Of a DNA stretch of 64,000 nt, positions 1 to 9,641 are shown piece after piece. Origin of the DNA: Cyanobacteria bacterium P01_A01_bin.123 (lineage in GTDB: Bacteria > Cyanobacteriota > Cyanobacteriia > Phormidesmidales > Phormidesmidaceae). Under the pieces are notes generated by a model that was given only the letters and a program-made list of their open reading frames with translations, did no database searches and was not told the origin of the DNA. The stretch is from positions 32,001 through 96,000 of the forward strand of contig JBCBZT010000027.1 in assembly GCA_039815185.1 (NCBI GenBank). The letters run 5' to 3'. A program made the translations under genes and the position numbers. Position 1 is the first letter of the stretch, and each line of letters begins with the position of its first letter.

Positions 1-1251
1 TGCCTATTTCGAGAGCCCCTGGCACCCATTGCCCAAGCCTTTGAACTCGATTATCTCGCCCCTTTGCAGGACTGGCGAACCCGATTTACGCCCTATACCT
101 ACTATGGTAAATCAGCTGCGATACCCAGTGGATCAGAGATTGCAGCTCTCGCAGACATCCTCAACCAAAGTCAGCGAGGGCTACTAGTGGTGGGGCAATT
201 GGCAAATGAGGTGGAACAGCAGGCCATGCTAACCCTGGCGCGTCACCTGAACTGGCCTGTTTTTGCCGATGTACAGTCCGGTCTGCGGCTGAATGCCTCT
301 CTACCGACGATCATTCCTTATTTTGATCAGCTTTGGCCGCTAGAAGGCAATCCCCATTGGACGGTCGAAACTGTGGTGCAAATTGGCGTGCGGCTCGTAT
401 CTAAGCGATTCCTTCAGTGGCTAGAGGCTGATCCCCCGCGTCATCACATTGTGGTTGCGGATGATCCTTGTCGTCATGATCCAGTTCATACCGTTTCTCT
501 GCGACTGGAAGCTCGTTTGAGTGATCTGGTGTCTCCCCTGCTTCCCCAGCTTCAACCTCGTACCATTGGCCCCTGGGTGGCAGAACTAATTGACGCATCT
601 CAAAAAATTGATCAGGTGGTGGATACGGTACTCTGCCAACCCACCCTCAATGAACCCGGGATTGTGCGATCAGTGTCTCGCCAATTGCCCCCCGACCACG
701 GCCTGTATATCTCCAACAGTATGCCGATCCGCGATCTGGACATGTATGGTGCGCCGGAGGGCGGAGTGACTGCGATTGGTTGCGATCGTGGTACCAGTGG
801 CATTGAAGGCACGATTGCAGCAGCAGCCGGATTCGCCGTGGGGCGGCGATCGCCCGTGACGCTACTCGTGGGGGATTTGTCTCTGCTCCACGACTTGAAT
901 TCCCTGGCGATGCTCAAAGATCTGGCCCAGCCTGTGATTGTCGTGGTGATTAACAACAGTGGCGGTGGCATTTTCTCCTTCTTGCCCGTCGCCCAGTTTG
1001 AGGATGTCTTTGAACCCTATTTTGGCATTGCCCATGGTTTTGCCTTTAAGGCTGCGAGCCAGATGTTTGGCCTCGATTACTACCACCCCAATACACCAAC
1101 AGAATTCACTCAGGTTTACCAAACAGCTCTAAGCCATCAACAATCTGCCGTGATCGAAGTGGTCACCGATCGTAATCAGAACTTGGCTCTACACCAAGTC
1201 CTGCAAGAGCAGATCGTGAAAACCCTGCAACCGACTGCGGTTTTAGTTTGA
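1..1251 (+). CDS. menD: SEPHCHC synthase MenD (5'-truncated by window edge)
   Basis: Open frame from base 1 (CLFREPLAP...), SNSMPIRD, RGTSGIEG, ThDP motif GDLSLLHD...NNSGGGIF; followed by menB/menE. Confidence 0.95.
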   Translation, partial: CLFREPLAPIAQAFELDYLAPLQDWRTRFTPYTYYGKSAAIPSGSEIAALADILNQSQRGLLVVGQLANEVEQQAMLTLARHLNWPVFADVQSGLRLNASLPTIIPYFDQLWPLEGNPHWTVETVVQIGVRLVSKRFLQWLEADPPRHHIVVADDPCRHDPVHTVSLRLEARLSDLVSPLLPQLQPRTIGPWVAELIDASQKIDQVVDTVLCQPTLNEPGIVRSVSRQLPPDHGLYISNSMPIRDLDMYGAPEGGVTAIGCDRGTSGIEGTIAAAAGFAVGRRSPVTLLVGDLSLLHDLNSLAMLKDLAQPVIVVVINNSGGGIFSFLPVAQFEDVFEPYFGIAHGFAFKAASQMFGLDYYHPNTPTEFTQVYQTALSHQQSAVIEVVTDRNQNLALHQVLQEQIVKTLQPTAVLV

Positions 1252-1278
1252 GTTTGATCCATCTTCAATAGGAAACCG

Positions 1279-2157
1279 ATGATGATTACATCCCCACCTG
1301 CCGCTACAACACCCCCCGCCTTTGCCTCCAGGCCATGGCAATCCGTCAAAACGTACGAAGATATCCTTTATCACAAAGCCGAAGGCATCGCCAAAATTAC
1401 GATCAACCGCCCCCACAAACGTAATGCGTTTCGGCCCCAAACCGTGTTTGAACTGTACGATGCTTTCCTCGATGCCCGCGAAGATAACCATATTGGCGTC
1501 GTGTTGTTGACCGGGGCAGGCCCTCACAGCGATGGGAAGTATGCCTTTTGTGCCGGGGGCGATGTCAGTGTCCGGGGGCATGGAGGTTATGTCGGTGCCG
1601 ATGGCGTGCCTCGATTGAATGTGTTGGATCTGCAACGGCTGATCCGCTCAATGCCTAAAGTCGTGATTGCCCTGGTGGCGGGTTATGCCATTGGTGGGGG
1701 GCATGTGCTGCATGTCGTTTGCGATCTCACCATCGCTGCCGATAATGCCATATTTGGTCAGACTGGCCCCAAGGTTGGTAGCTTTGATGGCGGCTTTGGC
1801 GCTAGCTATTTGGCGCGCATTGTGGGGCAAAAGAAAGCCCGAGAGATTTGGTACCTCTGCCGCCAATACAACAGCACCGAAGCTTTGGAAATGGGCCTAG
1901 TGAACCATGTTGTCCCCGTGGCGCAACTGGAAGCCGAAGGCATTCAATGGGCTCAGGAGATTTTGGCCAAAAGTCCCCTGGCGATTCGCTGCCTTAAAGC
2001 GGCCTTCAATGCAGACTGCGATGGTCAAGCTGGTATTCAAGAACTGGCAGGCAATGCAACCCTGTTGTACTACATGACCGAGGAAGGCAAAGAGGGAAAA
2101 GACGCCTTCTTAGAAAAACGACCCCCTGATTTTGGCCCCTATCCTTGGCTGCCCTAA
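1279..2157 (+). CDS. menB: 1,4-dihydroxy-2-naphthoyl-CoA synthase
   Basis: Crotonase-fold motifs [31 protein letters not shown]; men cluster context. Confidence 0.97.
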   Translation: MMITSPPAATTPPAFASRPWQSVKTYEDILYHKAEGIAKITINRPHKRNAFRPQTVFELYDAFLDAREDNHIGVVLLTGAGPHSDGKYAFCAGGDVSVRGHGGYVGADGVPRLNVLDLQRLIRSMPKVVIALVAGYAIGGGHVLHVVCDLTIAADNAIFGQTGPKVGSFDGGFGASYLARIVGQKKAREIWYLCRQYNSTEALEMGLVNHVVPVAQLEAEGIQWAQEILAKSPLAIRCLKAAFNADCDGQAGIQELAGNATLLYYMTEEGKEGKDAFLEKRPPDFGPYPWLP

Positions 2158-2264
2158 GCCAATCCATGTTGGATTTTAGCTTTGGGATGGCGAAACCCTG
2201 CCTATCCAGCAAGTTTGAACTGGCGATGGGTAACCAGACTGACCCCAAACCGTAACCTCAATCG

Positions 2265-3722
2265 ATGAATACGCTGCAATTGCTCAAACAACGAACCCAG
2301 GACAACTGGCTCATTGGTCAAGACAGTCAGGCTTTCTTGGCGTTGACAGAGGCCCTGACCCAAGAATTTGCCGCTGCCAATGCGGCAATGCGGGGGCAAT
2401 CTATTCTGATTGCAGAATCTGACCCGATCCGGTTTCTGGCTGGATTTCTAGCAGCTCAGGTCACCACTCAGCGCGTTTTTCTGGGAAATCCCCACTGGGG
2501 AGCAACGGAGTGGCAGCAGGCCATGGCGATCGCCCAGCCCGATCGAGTCTGGGGCAATGGGGCTGACCTCAAGCAGTGTGATTGCCCCCCCAATTGCCAC
2601 AATCACGACGTAGACTCGGTCTCCCATGACCTGCTTATGCCTTCCACTCAGCCACTGATCCTGATTCCGACGGGTGGCTCCTCCGGCACAATCCAATTTG
2701 CCATGCATAGTTGGGAAACCCTTGCAGCCGCAGTGACTGGCTTTCAAGCTTACTTTCAATTAGCCGCGATCAATTCCATCTGTACGTTGCCGCTACATCA
2801 CGTCAGTGGCCTCATGCAGTTCATCCGGTCTTTCCTCTCGGGGGGAAGATTCTGGTTAGTGCCCTTTAAAGCCCTCAAAACAGGACAGGCTCCTACCATT
2901 GCTCCCTTGGATGACCCCTCGGATTGGTTCATCTCGCTGGTGCCGACCCAACTACAAGTACTGCTAGAACAACCCGCTGTGGCTCAATGGTTGGCTCGGT
3001 GCAAGACGGTTTTTATCGGCGGCGCACCCAGTTGGCCAGAACTGCTCAGTCGAGCGCGTGCTCAGCGCATTCCCCTGGCTCCCTGCTATGGCATGACAGA
3101 AACCGCTGCTCAGATTGCCACGCTGAATCCAGCAGATTTTTTAAGCGGAAATCAGAGTGTCGGACAGATTCTGCCCCATGCCCAGGTCACCATTGTGAAT
3201 GATCAAGGGCAATCAGTCGCCTCTGGCACCCTGGGTCAGGTTCAGATTGCGGCGGAGTCCTTAGCATTGGGCTACTACCCCACGGAGTCGTTTGATGCAA
3301 AGACTGGTGAAAGTTCCCAACCACCAACAATCTTCCCAACCGATGATGTGGGTTATCTGGATAACCAGGGCTATCTGACGCTAGTGGGTCGCCTCAGCAG
3401 CAAAATTATTACTGGTGGTGAAAATGTTTTTCCAAGTGAGGTGGAAGCTGCCATTTGGGCGACCGATCTGGTAGCCGATGTGGCGGTATTGGGCATGCCC
3501 GATGCCTATTGGGGCCAATGTGTGACGGCGGTTTATGTGCCCCGTGACTCAGCCCCACTATCCCCAGCTCTGGTCACCACGCTACAGGACAACATTGCTC
3601 GTTTTAAGTGCCCCAAGCTCTGGGTGCCCGTTGACTCGTTGCCTCGAAATGCCCAAGGCAAGCTCAACCGACAAACTCTAGAAGCGATCGCCAGCCAGTG
3701 GAGACAAGACCATGGTGTATAA
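2265..3722 (+). CDS. menE: o-succinylbenzoate-CoA ligase
   Basis: AMP-binding motifs IPTGGSSG, YGMTETAAQ, TGGENVFP, PRNAQGK; cyanobacterial MenE-like; context. Confidence 0.9.
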   Translation: MNTLQLLKQRTQDNWLIGQDSQAFLALTEALTQEFAAANAAMRGQSILIAESDPIRFLAGFLAAQVTTQRVFLGNPHWGATEWQQAMAIAQPDRVWGNGADLKQCDCPPNCHNHDVDSVSHDLLMPSTQPLILIPTGGSSGTIQFAMHSWETLAAAVTGFQAYFQLAAINSICTLPLHHVSGLMQFIRSFLSGGRFWLVPFKALKTGQAPTIAPLDDPSDWFISLVPTQLQVLLEQPAVAQWLARCKTVFIGGAPSWPELLSRARAQRIPLAPCYGMTETAAQIATLNPADFLSGNQSVGQILPHAQVTIVNDQGQSVASGTLGQVQIAAESLALGYYPTESFDAKTGESSQPPTIFPTDDVGYLDNQGYLTLVGRLSSKIITGGENVFPSEVEAAIWATDLVADVAVLGMPDAYWGQCVTAVYVPRDSAPLSPALVTTLQDNIARFKCPKLWVPVDSLPRNAQGKLNRQTLEAIASQWRQDHGV

Positions 3723-4326
3723 GCTCTATGGCTATCCTGAATCCGGGAATTGCTACAAGGTTCAACTGTTATTGCAACAGTTAGCGATTACGGTTGAGTG
3801 GGTCACTATTGATCTGCTCAAGCAAGAAAATCGTAGCCCAAATTATCTCTCCAAAAATCCCAGTGGCAAGGTGCCGCTGTTGGAAATTCAACCCGGTATT
3901 TTTCTAGCTGAATCCAATGCCATTTTGCAGTACCTCAGTCGAGGTACCCCGTTGTGGCCGTCAGACCCCCTGGCGCAGGCGCAAACATTGCAATGGCTCT
4001 TTTTTGAGCAATACAGCCATGCCCCCAATATTGCGATCGCGCGTTACATGGTGCGATTTCTAGACATTCCTGCAAACGATCAATCCAGTCTGGCAATCAA
4101 ACATGCATCAGGCTATGCCGCCCTTAATCTTATGGAACAGCATTTGACGACAAGTGCTTTTTTGGTGGGCGATCGCTACACGATTGCAGATATCAGCCTT
4201 TATGCCTATACCCATGTCGCGCATGAAGGGGCATTCGACTTAAGCCCTTATCCCGCCATTAATACGTGGTTGAGTCGAGTCAAAGCTCAACCGAACTATA
4301 TGCCGATGGGTGGCTGTTTTTCGTAA
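3712..4326 (+). CDS. Glutathione S-transferase family protein
   Basis: SGNCYKV, NPSGKVP, ESNAILQYL, FFEQYSH, TIADISLYAYTH. Confidence 0.92.
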   Translation: MVYKLYGYPESGNCYKVQLLLQQLAITVEWVTIDLLKQENRSPNYLSKNPSGKVPLLEIQPGIFLAESNAILQYLSRGTPLWPSDPLAQAQTLQWLFFEQYSHAPNIAIARYMVRFLDIPANDQSSLAIKHASGYAALNLMEQHLTTSAFLVGDRYTIADISLYAYTHVAHEGAFDLSPYPAINTWLSRVKAQPNYMPMGGCFS

Positions 4327-4395
4327 ATTTCAGCTGAAATTTTCAGCTTCCGTTATCACACTATCCCCACGCTTGTCATTCAGGAGCCAACCCCC

Positions 4396-5343
4396 ATGCA
4401 GATCTCAAACTCACCTTCAGAAATTATTCAGGAGCAAGGAATCATCCAGGATGTTTCCACCGCTCAACTCTGGCGACAGGCGATCAAACTGCCGCTATAC
4501 AGTGTGGTGCTCATTCCCGTTGGGGTTGCCACTGCAACCGTCTATGCCGATACGGGTACTGTGAATTGGGTTAACTTTTTCCTGTTCTTCTTATCTATTT
4601 TGTTGATTCAGATTTGGATCAACCTCAGCAACGATGTCTTCGATGCCGAAACTGGTGTTGATGTGCATAAATTCCACTCTATTGTGAAACTCACCGGCCA
4701 AAAGAACACGATTTTTTGGATTGCCAATGCCTTTTTAGCAAGTGGACTTTTAGCCCTAGCCTATCTTGCCTGGCAGCAACAAGATATCACCCTGCTGGTG
4801 TTGATGAGTTTAGGCTGTCTGCTGGGCTATAGCTACCAAGGCCCACCCTTCCGTTTGAGCTACCAGGGTATCGGCGAGATCATCTGCTTTATTGCCTACG
4901 GCCCCCTGCTAATGGGCACCGCCTATTATGCGCAAACCCAAGACTGGTCTGTGACCTGTCTGGCTGTTTCCACAATCATCGGTCTCGCCACCAGCTTGAT
5001 TCTATTTTGTGCCCACTTTCATCAGGTAGAAGATGACCTAGCGGGGGGTAAACTCTCCCCTGTTGTTCGGCTGGGTACAGCTCGCTCGGCCCAACTGCTG
5101 CCCTGGTGGCAGGCAAGCATCTATGGTCTGGTGTGTCTGTTTGTCGGGCTGGCGGTACTCTCGCCGTTGACACTACTCAGCTTGCTGAGTCTGGGTTATG
5201 CCGTCAAACTGTCTCTCCATGTTCAGCGCTATCACGATCAGCCCGAACGAGTGCGCAACTGTAAATTCATTGCGATCGCCCTGTATTGCTCTTTGGGTTT
5301 ACTACTCACCCTTGGGTTGTTATTACCGCAAGCATTGCTCTGA
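4396..5343 (+). CDS. menA: DHNA phytyl/prenyltransferase (UbiA family)
   Basis: AIKLPLYSV, NLSNDVFDAETGVD, YQGPPFRL, HFHQVEDD; multiple TM segments. Confidence 0.93.
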   Translation: MQISNSPSEIIQEQGIIQDVSTAQLWRQAIKLPLYSVVLIPVGVATATVYADTGTVNWVNFFLFFLSILLIQIWINLSNDVFDAETGVDVHKFHSIVKLTGQKNTIFWIANAFLASGLLALAYLAWQQQDITLLVLMSLGCLLGYSYQGPPFRLSYQGIGEIICFIAYGPLLMGTAYYAQTQDWSVTCLAVSTIIGLATSLILFCAHFHQVEDDLAGGKLSPVVRLGTARSAQLLPWWQASIYGLVCLFVGLAVLSPLTLLSLLSLGYAVKLSLHVQRYHDQPERVRNCKFIAIALYCSLGLLLTLGLLLPQALL

Positions 5344-5417
5344 TTGCAGCCTTAGCTTTGCTAACACGCGTTTGATCTGCTCTATTTTGCCTACCCCAAC
5401 CTACCTGTGAATGCACC

Positions 5418-6620
5418 ATGGAGACACAATCTCTGACAGAACAGTTTCGGCATTCAACCTTAGCCCGCCGAAAATATTTTGGTCTGAATAACCCCAGACG
5501 CACCGATTACTATCTCGCCTATTGGCAAAAACATCCTGAAATCACTTGGGCGCTTCTGGCCAATCTTGTGTCTCGCAACACGGGTTGGATGATGTCGGAT
5601 TTGGTCAGAGCCTCAAAATTTACGCCCCATAGCCCTAAAATTCCTGGTTTTCCACCTGCTCACTATCAAGCTTTTTTTGCTTTCTTAGAAACAGGTAACT
5701 TCTTAATCTTTAGAGATGTCTTTCCTCAATTGGAGGCCTATGACTGGGCCAAGCGCCATCCAGGCCAAAGCGATGATTTTTTTAACGCTTTACAGGCCGA
5801 TTCAGAATTTGAAGCAGATCCCTTCATGATTAAACATTGGCAGGTATTTTTCAATCAGGCCAAAAATAATCACTGGTTTCCAGAAAATTGGCAAGAACCG
5901 GCTGTGCAGCGACTCGCCTTTGCTCAAGTGGCTAATGAACAAAATCAAATTCATGATCGACTGGTTCATGATCCACAGCATCGATACTTAGGCTGCTTAT
6001 TCTCCTGGATTACGCAGAAGATTTTCATTGCCACGACCCAACTCGACTTGATGAAAATTTGCTTCCCTGTAGCCAGATCTGAAACAGATCCCACGACCGA
6101 CCATGTCTTGACCTATACGCTCTACGATTTTAATCCCTATGCAAACCGGGTCAACTTTGGGCGTGATCTCTATGTGGAATTATTTGGAGATGCAACCCGA
6201 CGGAAACGAGTGATTGCCTCAGCCCTTGCCCATCCCCGTTTTCGAGGCAGCCGGGCCCAGTATAATCCCCAAAACTATTGCCTCCATCCACGGCAGGCTC
6301 ATGCTGAGATCAAGTACAGTCCCCCTCTGGTTCCCTGGCGAGGGTATGCCCCGGCTTGGCCTTTTAATCCCACCCATGTGCGGCCTTATTCCCATTTGCA
6401 AGATACGCCTGTATCGCTAGCTATGAGTGCTAACCAAAGGGAAGGCATTAACGATCTACTAGCACCTCTAACGTTGGCCAGTCGTCCGCTGAAGCAACAC
6501 GCGCTCTCTGATTTGGCTGAGCTTGTCATTGGCAAATCTTCAGCAATGCAACTTTCCATTCTCCTGCAGAAAATGTTAGGTCAGGGAGATCCAGATCCAG
6601 TATTTTCCTTGAGAAGTTAA
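5418..6620 (+). CDS. DUF2515-like hypothetical protein
   Basis: N-terminus RRTDYYLAYWQKHPEITWALLANLVSRNTGWMMSDL and LETGNFLIFRDVFPQL, NEQN resemble DUF2515 from memory. Confidence 0.6.
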   Translation: METQSLTEQFRHSTLARRKYFGLNNPRRTDYYLAYWQKHPEITWALLANLVSRNTGWMMSDLVRASKFTPHSPKIPGFPPAHYQAFFAFLETGNFLIFRDVFPQLEAYDWAKRHPGQSDDFFNALQADSEFEADPFMIKHWQVFFNQAKNNHWFPENWQEPAVQRLAFAQVANEQNQIHDRLVHDPQHRYLGCLFSWITQKIFIATTQLDLMKICFPVARSETDPTTDHVLTYTLYDFNPYANRVNFGRDLYVELFGDATRRKRVIASALAHPRFRGSRAQYNPQNYCLHPRQAHAEIKYSPPLVPWRGYAPAWPFNPTHVRPYSHLQDTPVSLAMSANQREGINDLLAPLTLASRPLKQHALSDLAELVIGKSSAMQLSILLQKMLGQGDPDPVFSLRS

Positions 6621-6650
6621 GTTTCAAACCTGAGTCATATCCAGATGCAT

Positions 6651-6926
6651 TTATTCGAGTGAACGGGGCGTGGTGCTATCTCTAGCGGGACTCTGACAAT
6701 TTAGTTGAAGTTTTTCAAGCTGAGAAGTCTTTACGGTGTTGACTACTGTTTCATTGTGGTTAGTACCACACATCCAAGAAGGACAACCGCCATCATAATT
6801 AACACCGCCCGCGATTCTCTGTAGGAGAGGCTCCGCCAGCGGCTTCAAATCTTTCTCACTCAGTTCAATAATCTGAACAGGCTTGGAAGCTGTCGGTTTT
6901 GGATTCCGTTTAGAATTTTTCTGCAT
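6651..6926 (-). CDS. RiPP precursor A (double-Gly leader, core VNYDGGCPSWMCGT, NHNET motif)
   Basis: AAGGAG RBS before ATG at 6926; IIELSEKDL...IAGG leader; NHNET shared with the precursors at 7520 and 8861. Confidence 0.8.
   Translation of the reverse strand: MQKNSKRNPKPTASKPVQIIELSEKDLKPLAEPLLQRIAGGVNYDGGCPSWMCGTNHNETVVNTVKTSQLEKLQLNCQSPARDSTTPRSLE
6816..6839 (+). repeat. 24-nt in-frame insertion in a HIP1-like site (SDR-like mini element)
   Basis: GCGAT|tctctgtaggagaggctccgccag|CGG; removal restores leader spacing DLKPIAGG like the paralogous leaders. Confidence 0.65.
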
Positions 6927-6956
6927 AGTTTTTCTCCTTAATTGAGACGTTAATTG

Positions 6957-7149
6957 GGTGTTGCTGAATCGAGAGATGAATTTGCCAAAGTGGTGCACTC
7001 TGCTTTGTCCCTTTTCATATATTCCTGGGGGGCTTTAAGCCCCCTTTCTGGTATGCCCCTTGGGCTATATTCTGGGGGACTTTGAAAGGTTTATTCCCCC
7101 AGAATGGGGGGGCTAGGGGGGTTAAGTCATACCGCTATTCAGCAACGCC
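6957..7149. mobile_element. MITE-like element with 13-bp terminal inverted repeats
   Basis: GGTGTTGCTGAAT at 6957-6969 and ATTCAGCAACGCC at 7137-7149 (12/13 complementary); internal G/C-run hairpin repeats; no transposase. Confidence 0.6.
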
Positions 7150-7159
7150 AGAAGTTGAA

Positions 7160-7399
7160 TCATCCCTCAAGACATCGTGGGCTACCAGACCAGCCCCCTG
7201 ATATTGCCAAAAGATCTGTTTCGCTTAGCGGCTCTAACTGGTTTTGCAGTAGTTGGTAGAGGCAATCATTAGAGAACTGATAGCCCTTTTCAGCGCCAGC
7301 GCTTTTAATCAGCGCGATCACTTCTAGTAGACTATTCGTTTCCTTGATTTTCTGTCGCAATTGCGCGTCACTGAGCAACGCTTTGATTTGGCTTAGCAT
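7160..7399 (-). CDS. Nif11-family RiPP precursor (core WSGSPRCLEG)
   Basis: AAGGAG RBS, ATG 7399; SDAQLRQKIK...AEKGYQFS...LSETDLLAISGG leader; Ser/Cys-containing 10-aa core. Confidence 0.85.
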   Translation of the reverse strand: MLSQIKALLSDAQLRQKIKETNSLLEVIALIKSAGAEKGYQFSNDCLYQLLQNQLEPLSETDLLAISGGWSGSPRCLEG

Positions 7400-7519
7400 A
7401 ATGCTTATCTCCTTTTGCAATGAAGGTAAAATTGTACAAATCTTGATTGATTTTGTGAGGCGCGATCGTGTGCTAAAGGCAGCGCGCGATCGCCCGCTCT
7501 GCTCTAGCCAAGACGCGAA

Positions 7520-7762
7520 TTATTCTTCACCAATGGGGTCATCATCCTCTTTGGATTTCCCACCACAGATGAGGGCTAAGTCATCTTCTGAGAGTTCTTG
7601 AATGGACTTGTTGTTGATAGCTTTACTCGCCATCGTTTCATTGTGGTTTGCCAAGTCAACACCTGCACCGACGATCGCTTCTAAATCCTTCTCCATCAAT
7701 TCAACAATTTCAGGGGATTTAGGGGGCGTTTTTTGAGGCTTTTGCTTTGATTTCTTCTTCAT
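7520..7762 (-). CDS. RiPP precursor B (two double-Gly leaders; cores VDLA-NHNET and KSKEDDDPIGEE)
   Basis: AAGGAG RBS; ELMEKDLEAIVGAG and ELSEDDLALICGG repeats; 5' region paralogous to precursor A. Confidence 0.8.
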   Translation of the reverse strand: MKKKSKQKPQKTPPKSPEIVELMEKDLEAIVGAGVDLANHNETMASKAINNKSIQELSEDDLALICGGKSKEDDDPIGEE

Positions 7763-7902
7763 GATTTTTTCTCCTTAATAGAAGGTTTTTTTCTAAGTCT
7801 AAGAATTGCCTTCTTGACTTGGTTTTACTGTATTAAATAATCGGGAATAAGTAGGGAAGAAAAATGCTTTTAGAGCAGGTTTTTTGAGCTATTTTTCCAT
7901 AT

Positions 7903-7944
7903 AAAAAGCGATCGCATTTAGCAAATCAATAATGCGATTGCTTT
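7903..7944 (-). terminator. Probable intrinsic terminator after the HDO-like gene
   Basis: AAAGCGATCGCATT...AATGCGATTGCTTT inverted repeat followed by a T-run on the minus strand. Confidence 0.5.
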
Positions 7945-8023
7945 CGTTATTTATGACAATGATTAATGATGATTGACCTGGCCACCAGCCATTGTCAATC
8001 CGAAATCCTTAACCTTATGCCGC

Positions 8024-8812
8024 CTAAAAAACCTTGCAACTAAGTGCAAGCATCTCATCTAGAAAACTGTCATAGGCATCCCAAACGGCCTGCATCTTTA
8101 AGTTGATTAGATCGTGGGGCGCACTCAGTTGTTCTAATCGGCGCGTTAACTGCATCACATCGCCAGCATGATCAGCCTCAACTGCGATATATCGCCTCAG
8201 CCAAGCTAAATCATAGGCAGAAATTGCCTGGGTTCGTTCGATTTGGGCTTGAATTGCTAATGCTAATTGATAGGCACAAATCTTGCCCGCGAGTAACGCC
8301 CCCAGGGCTAAGAACGGCTCTTGATCGGTGTAGTAACCTTCAAGTTGTTGCTTTAGATTTGTCCCTGGACTCTTAATCGCAACGGTATCAAACTGACTAG
8401 CTGGAACAGGTTGCAATCGCCGCCAGGGATTGAGGGCGTAATAAAGCCGATCAAACAACACGCGATGAATTCGTTCAGGCTTGCCATGGCCCAGCTCATC
8501 GTAGAGCTGCCGGACCAAAACACAGCTAATGATTTCATCGTCAATGTGGCAGAGCATCGTTGAGAGCCACTGGGCCATATTGCTGTGGACCTGCCGCAGA
8601 TTATGGAAAAGCAACCATAGGCTGGTGAGATCCAGCGGTTTGGCCTGGAGCCACTCAAAGTAAGGATGGGTGGCAACCTCCCTGTGCTCGAAGGACTTGA
8701 TCAGGATTTCTAAACTTTGGGGGTAATCCATAGACGGGTGCCCATTCATGAGCTGGCCTGTCACAACACCGGAGGGCTGGGGTTCAATTAGGGTTAAGGT
8801 TTGATGGGCCAT
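8024..8812 (-). CDS. Iron-containing redox enzyme family protein (heme-oxygenase-like / TenA-PqqC fold)
   Basis: HPYFEW, QLYDELGHGKPERIHRVLF, VEADH; AGGA RBS before ATG 8812 (track ORF extends to 8860). Confidence 0.75.
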   Translation of the reverse strand: MAHQTLTLIEPQPSGVVTGQLMNGHPSMDYPQSLEILIKSFEHREVATHPYFEWLQAKPLDLTSLWLLFHNLRQVHSNMAQWLSTMLCHIDDEIISCVLVRQLYDELGHGKPERIHRVLFDRLYYALNPWRRLQPVPASQFDTVAIKSPGTNLKQQLEGYYTDQEPFLALGALLAGKICAYQLALAIQAQIERTQAISAYDLAWLRRYIAVEADHAGDVMQLTRRLEQLSAPHDLINLKMQAVWDAYDSFLDEMLALSCKVF

Positions 8813-8860
8813 CTTGTTTTCCTGATGTGCAGATACGCGATTGATCTTTGGAGGGCACAA

Positions 8861-9319
8861 CTATTGCTCAATTCTGCTCATCATCGTTTCATTGTGGTTT
8901 AGGCCGCAGTTGTCAATCTCGCCACACTCATCTCCGCAACCACCACCTGCGATCTTTTCTAGATCTTCTTCACCTAGTTCAGCGATCTGAGCTGACCCGG
9001 ATTGAATAGATGCTGTTGTATTGACTATCGTTTCGTTATGATTAGCTCCTAACTCAGGGTCTGTACTATGACCAGAACCACTTGCGATCGCCGCTAAGTC
9101 TTCCTCACTTAGTTCAATGATTTGGACTGACTTAGATTGAGTGGTGGCTTGCAAATTTTTAACCGCATTAACCATCGTTTCATTATGGTTATAGCCTAAA
9201 GCACCTCCTGCAATTCCCTCTAGATCTTCTTCTGCTAATTCAATTAGTTTTTGTGGTGAGATTTGAGCAGCAGAGGGCTGTTTTTTAGGCTTGGTTTGAT
9301 GTTGTTTAAGAATTGTCAT
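8861..9319 (-). CDS. RiPP precursor C with three leader-core-NHNET cassettes
   Basis: ELAEEDLEGIAGG|ALGYNHNET, ELSEEDLAAIASG|SGHSTDPELGANHNET, ELGEEDLEKIAGG|GCGDECGEIDNCGLNHNET; start uncertain (9319, 9343 or 9376). Confidence 0.85.
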   Translation of the reverse strand: MTILKQHQTKPKKQPSAAQISPQKLIELAEEDLEGIAGGALGYNHNETMVNAVKNLQATTQSKSVQIIELSEEDLAAIASGSGHSTDPELGANHNETIVNTTASIQSGSAQIAELGEEDLEKIAGGGCGDECGEIDNCGLNHNETMMSRIEQ

Positions 9320-9393
9320 GGGTTTGTCTCTGTAGGGTTTCATAGATGTGTCGGCTGTGTGACACTCATGTCTCAAGCCTATTGAATTAGATG

Positions 9394-9407
9394 GTATTTG
9401 TCGCTAC
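9394..9407. promoter_or_regulatory. NtcA-type site GTA-N8-TAC
   Basis: GTATTTGTCGCTAC in the divergent promoter between precursor C and the STAND gene; no canonical -10 at 22 nt. Confidence 0.35.
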
Positions 9408-9641
9408 AAAAAAGTCACGGATTTAGTCATGTGACCTCATAAGCTATCCTGAGCTGGACCTTATTGATGGGAGATAACCCTGACAGAATCTGGCATCTAG
9501 ACATGCCTCAATCACAAAGAAAATTGAAAAAAAAATCAAGCAGAGCCCTGTTGGACAACTGCAACCTCATGTCATCTCATACAATCCTAGGGACGACTAG
9601 TGTTAGCCGTCTTCCTCCCGCTGTACCTCCGTTGCCCTAGA

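Noticed and set aside
8861..9319. His-Asn in NHNET as an intein C-terminus
   Set aside because: No Hint domain, and the residue after HN is Glu rather than Cys, Ser or Thr.
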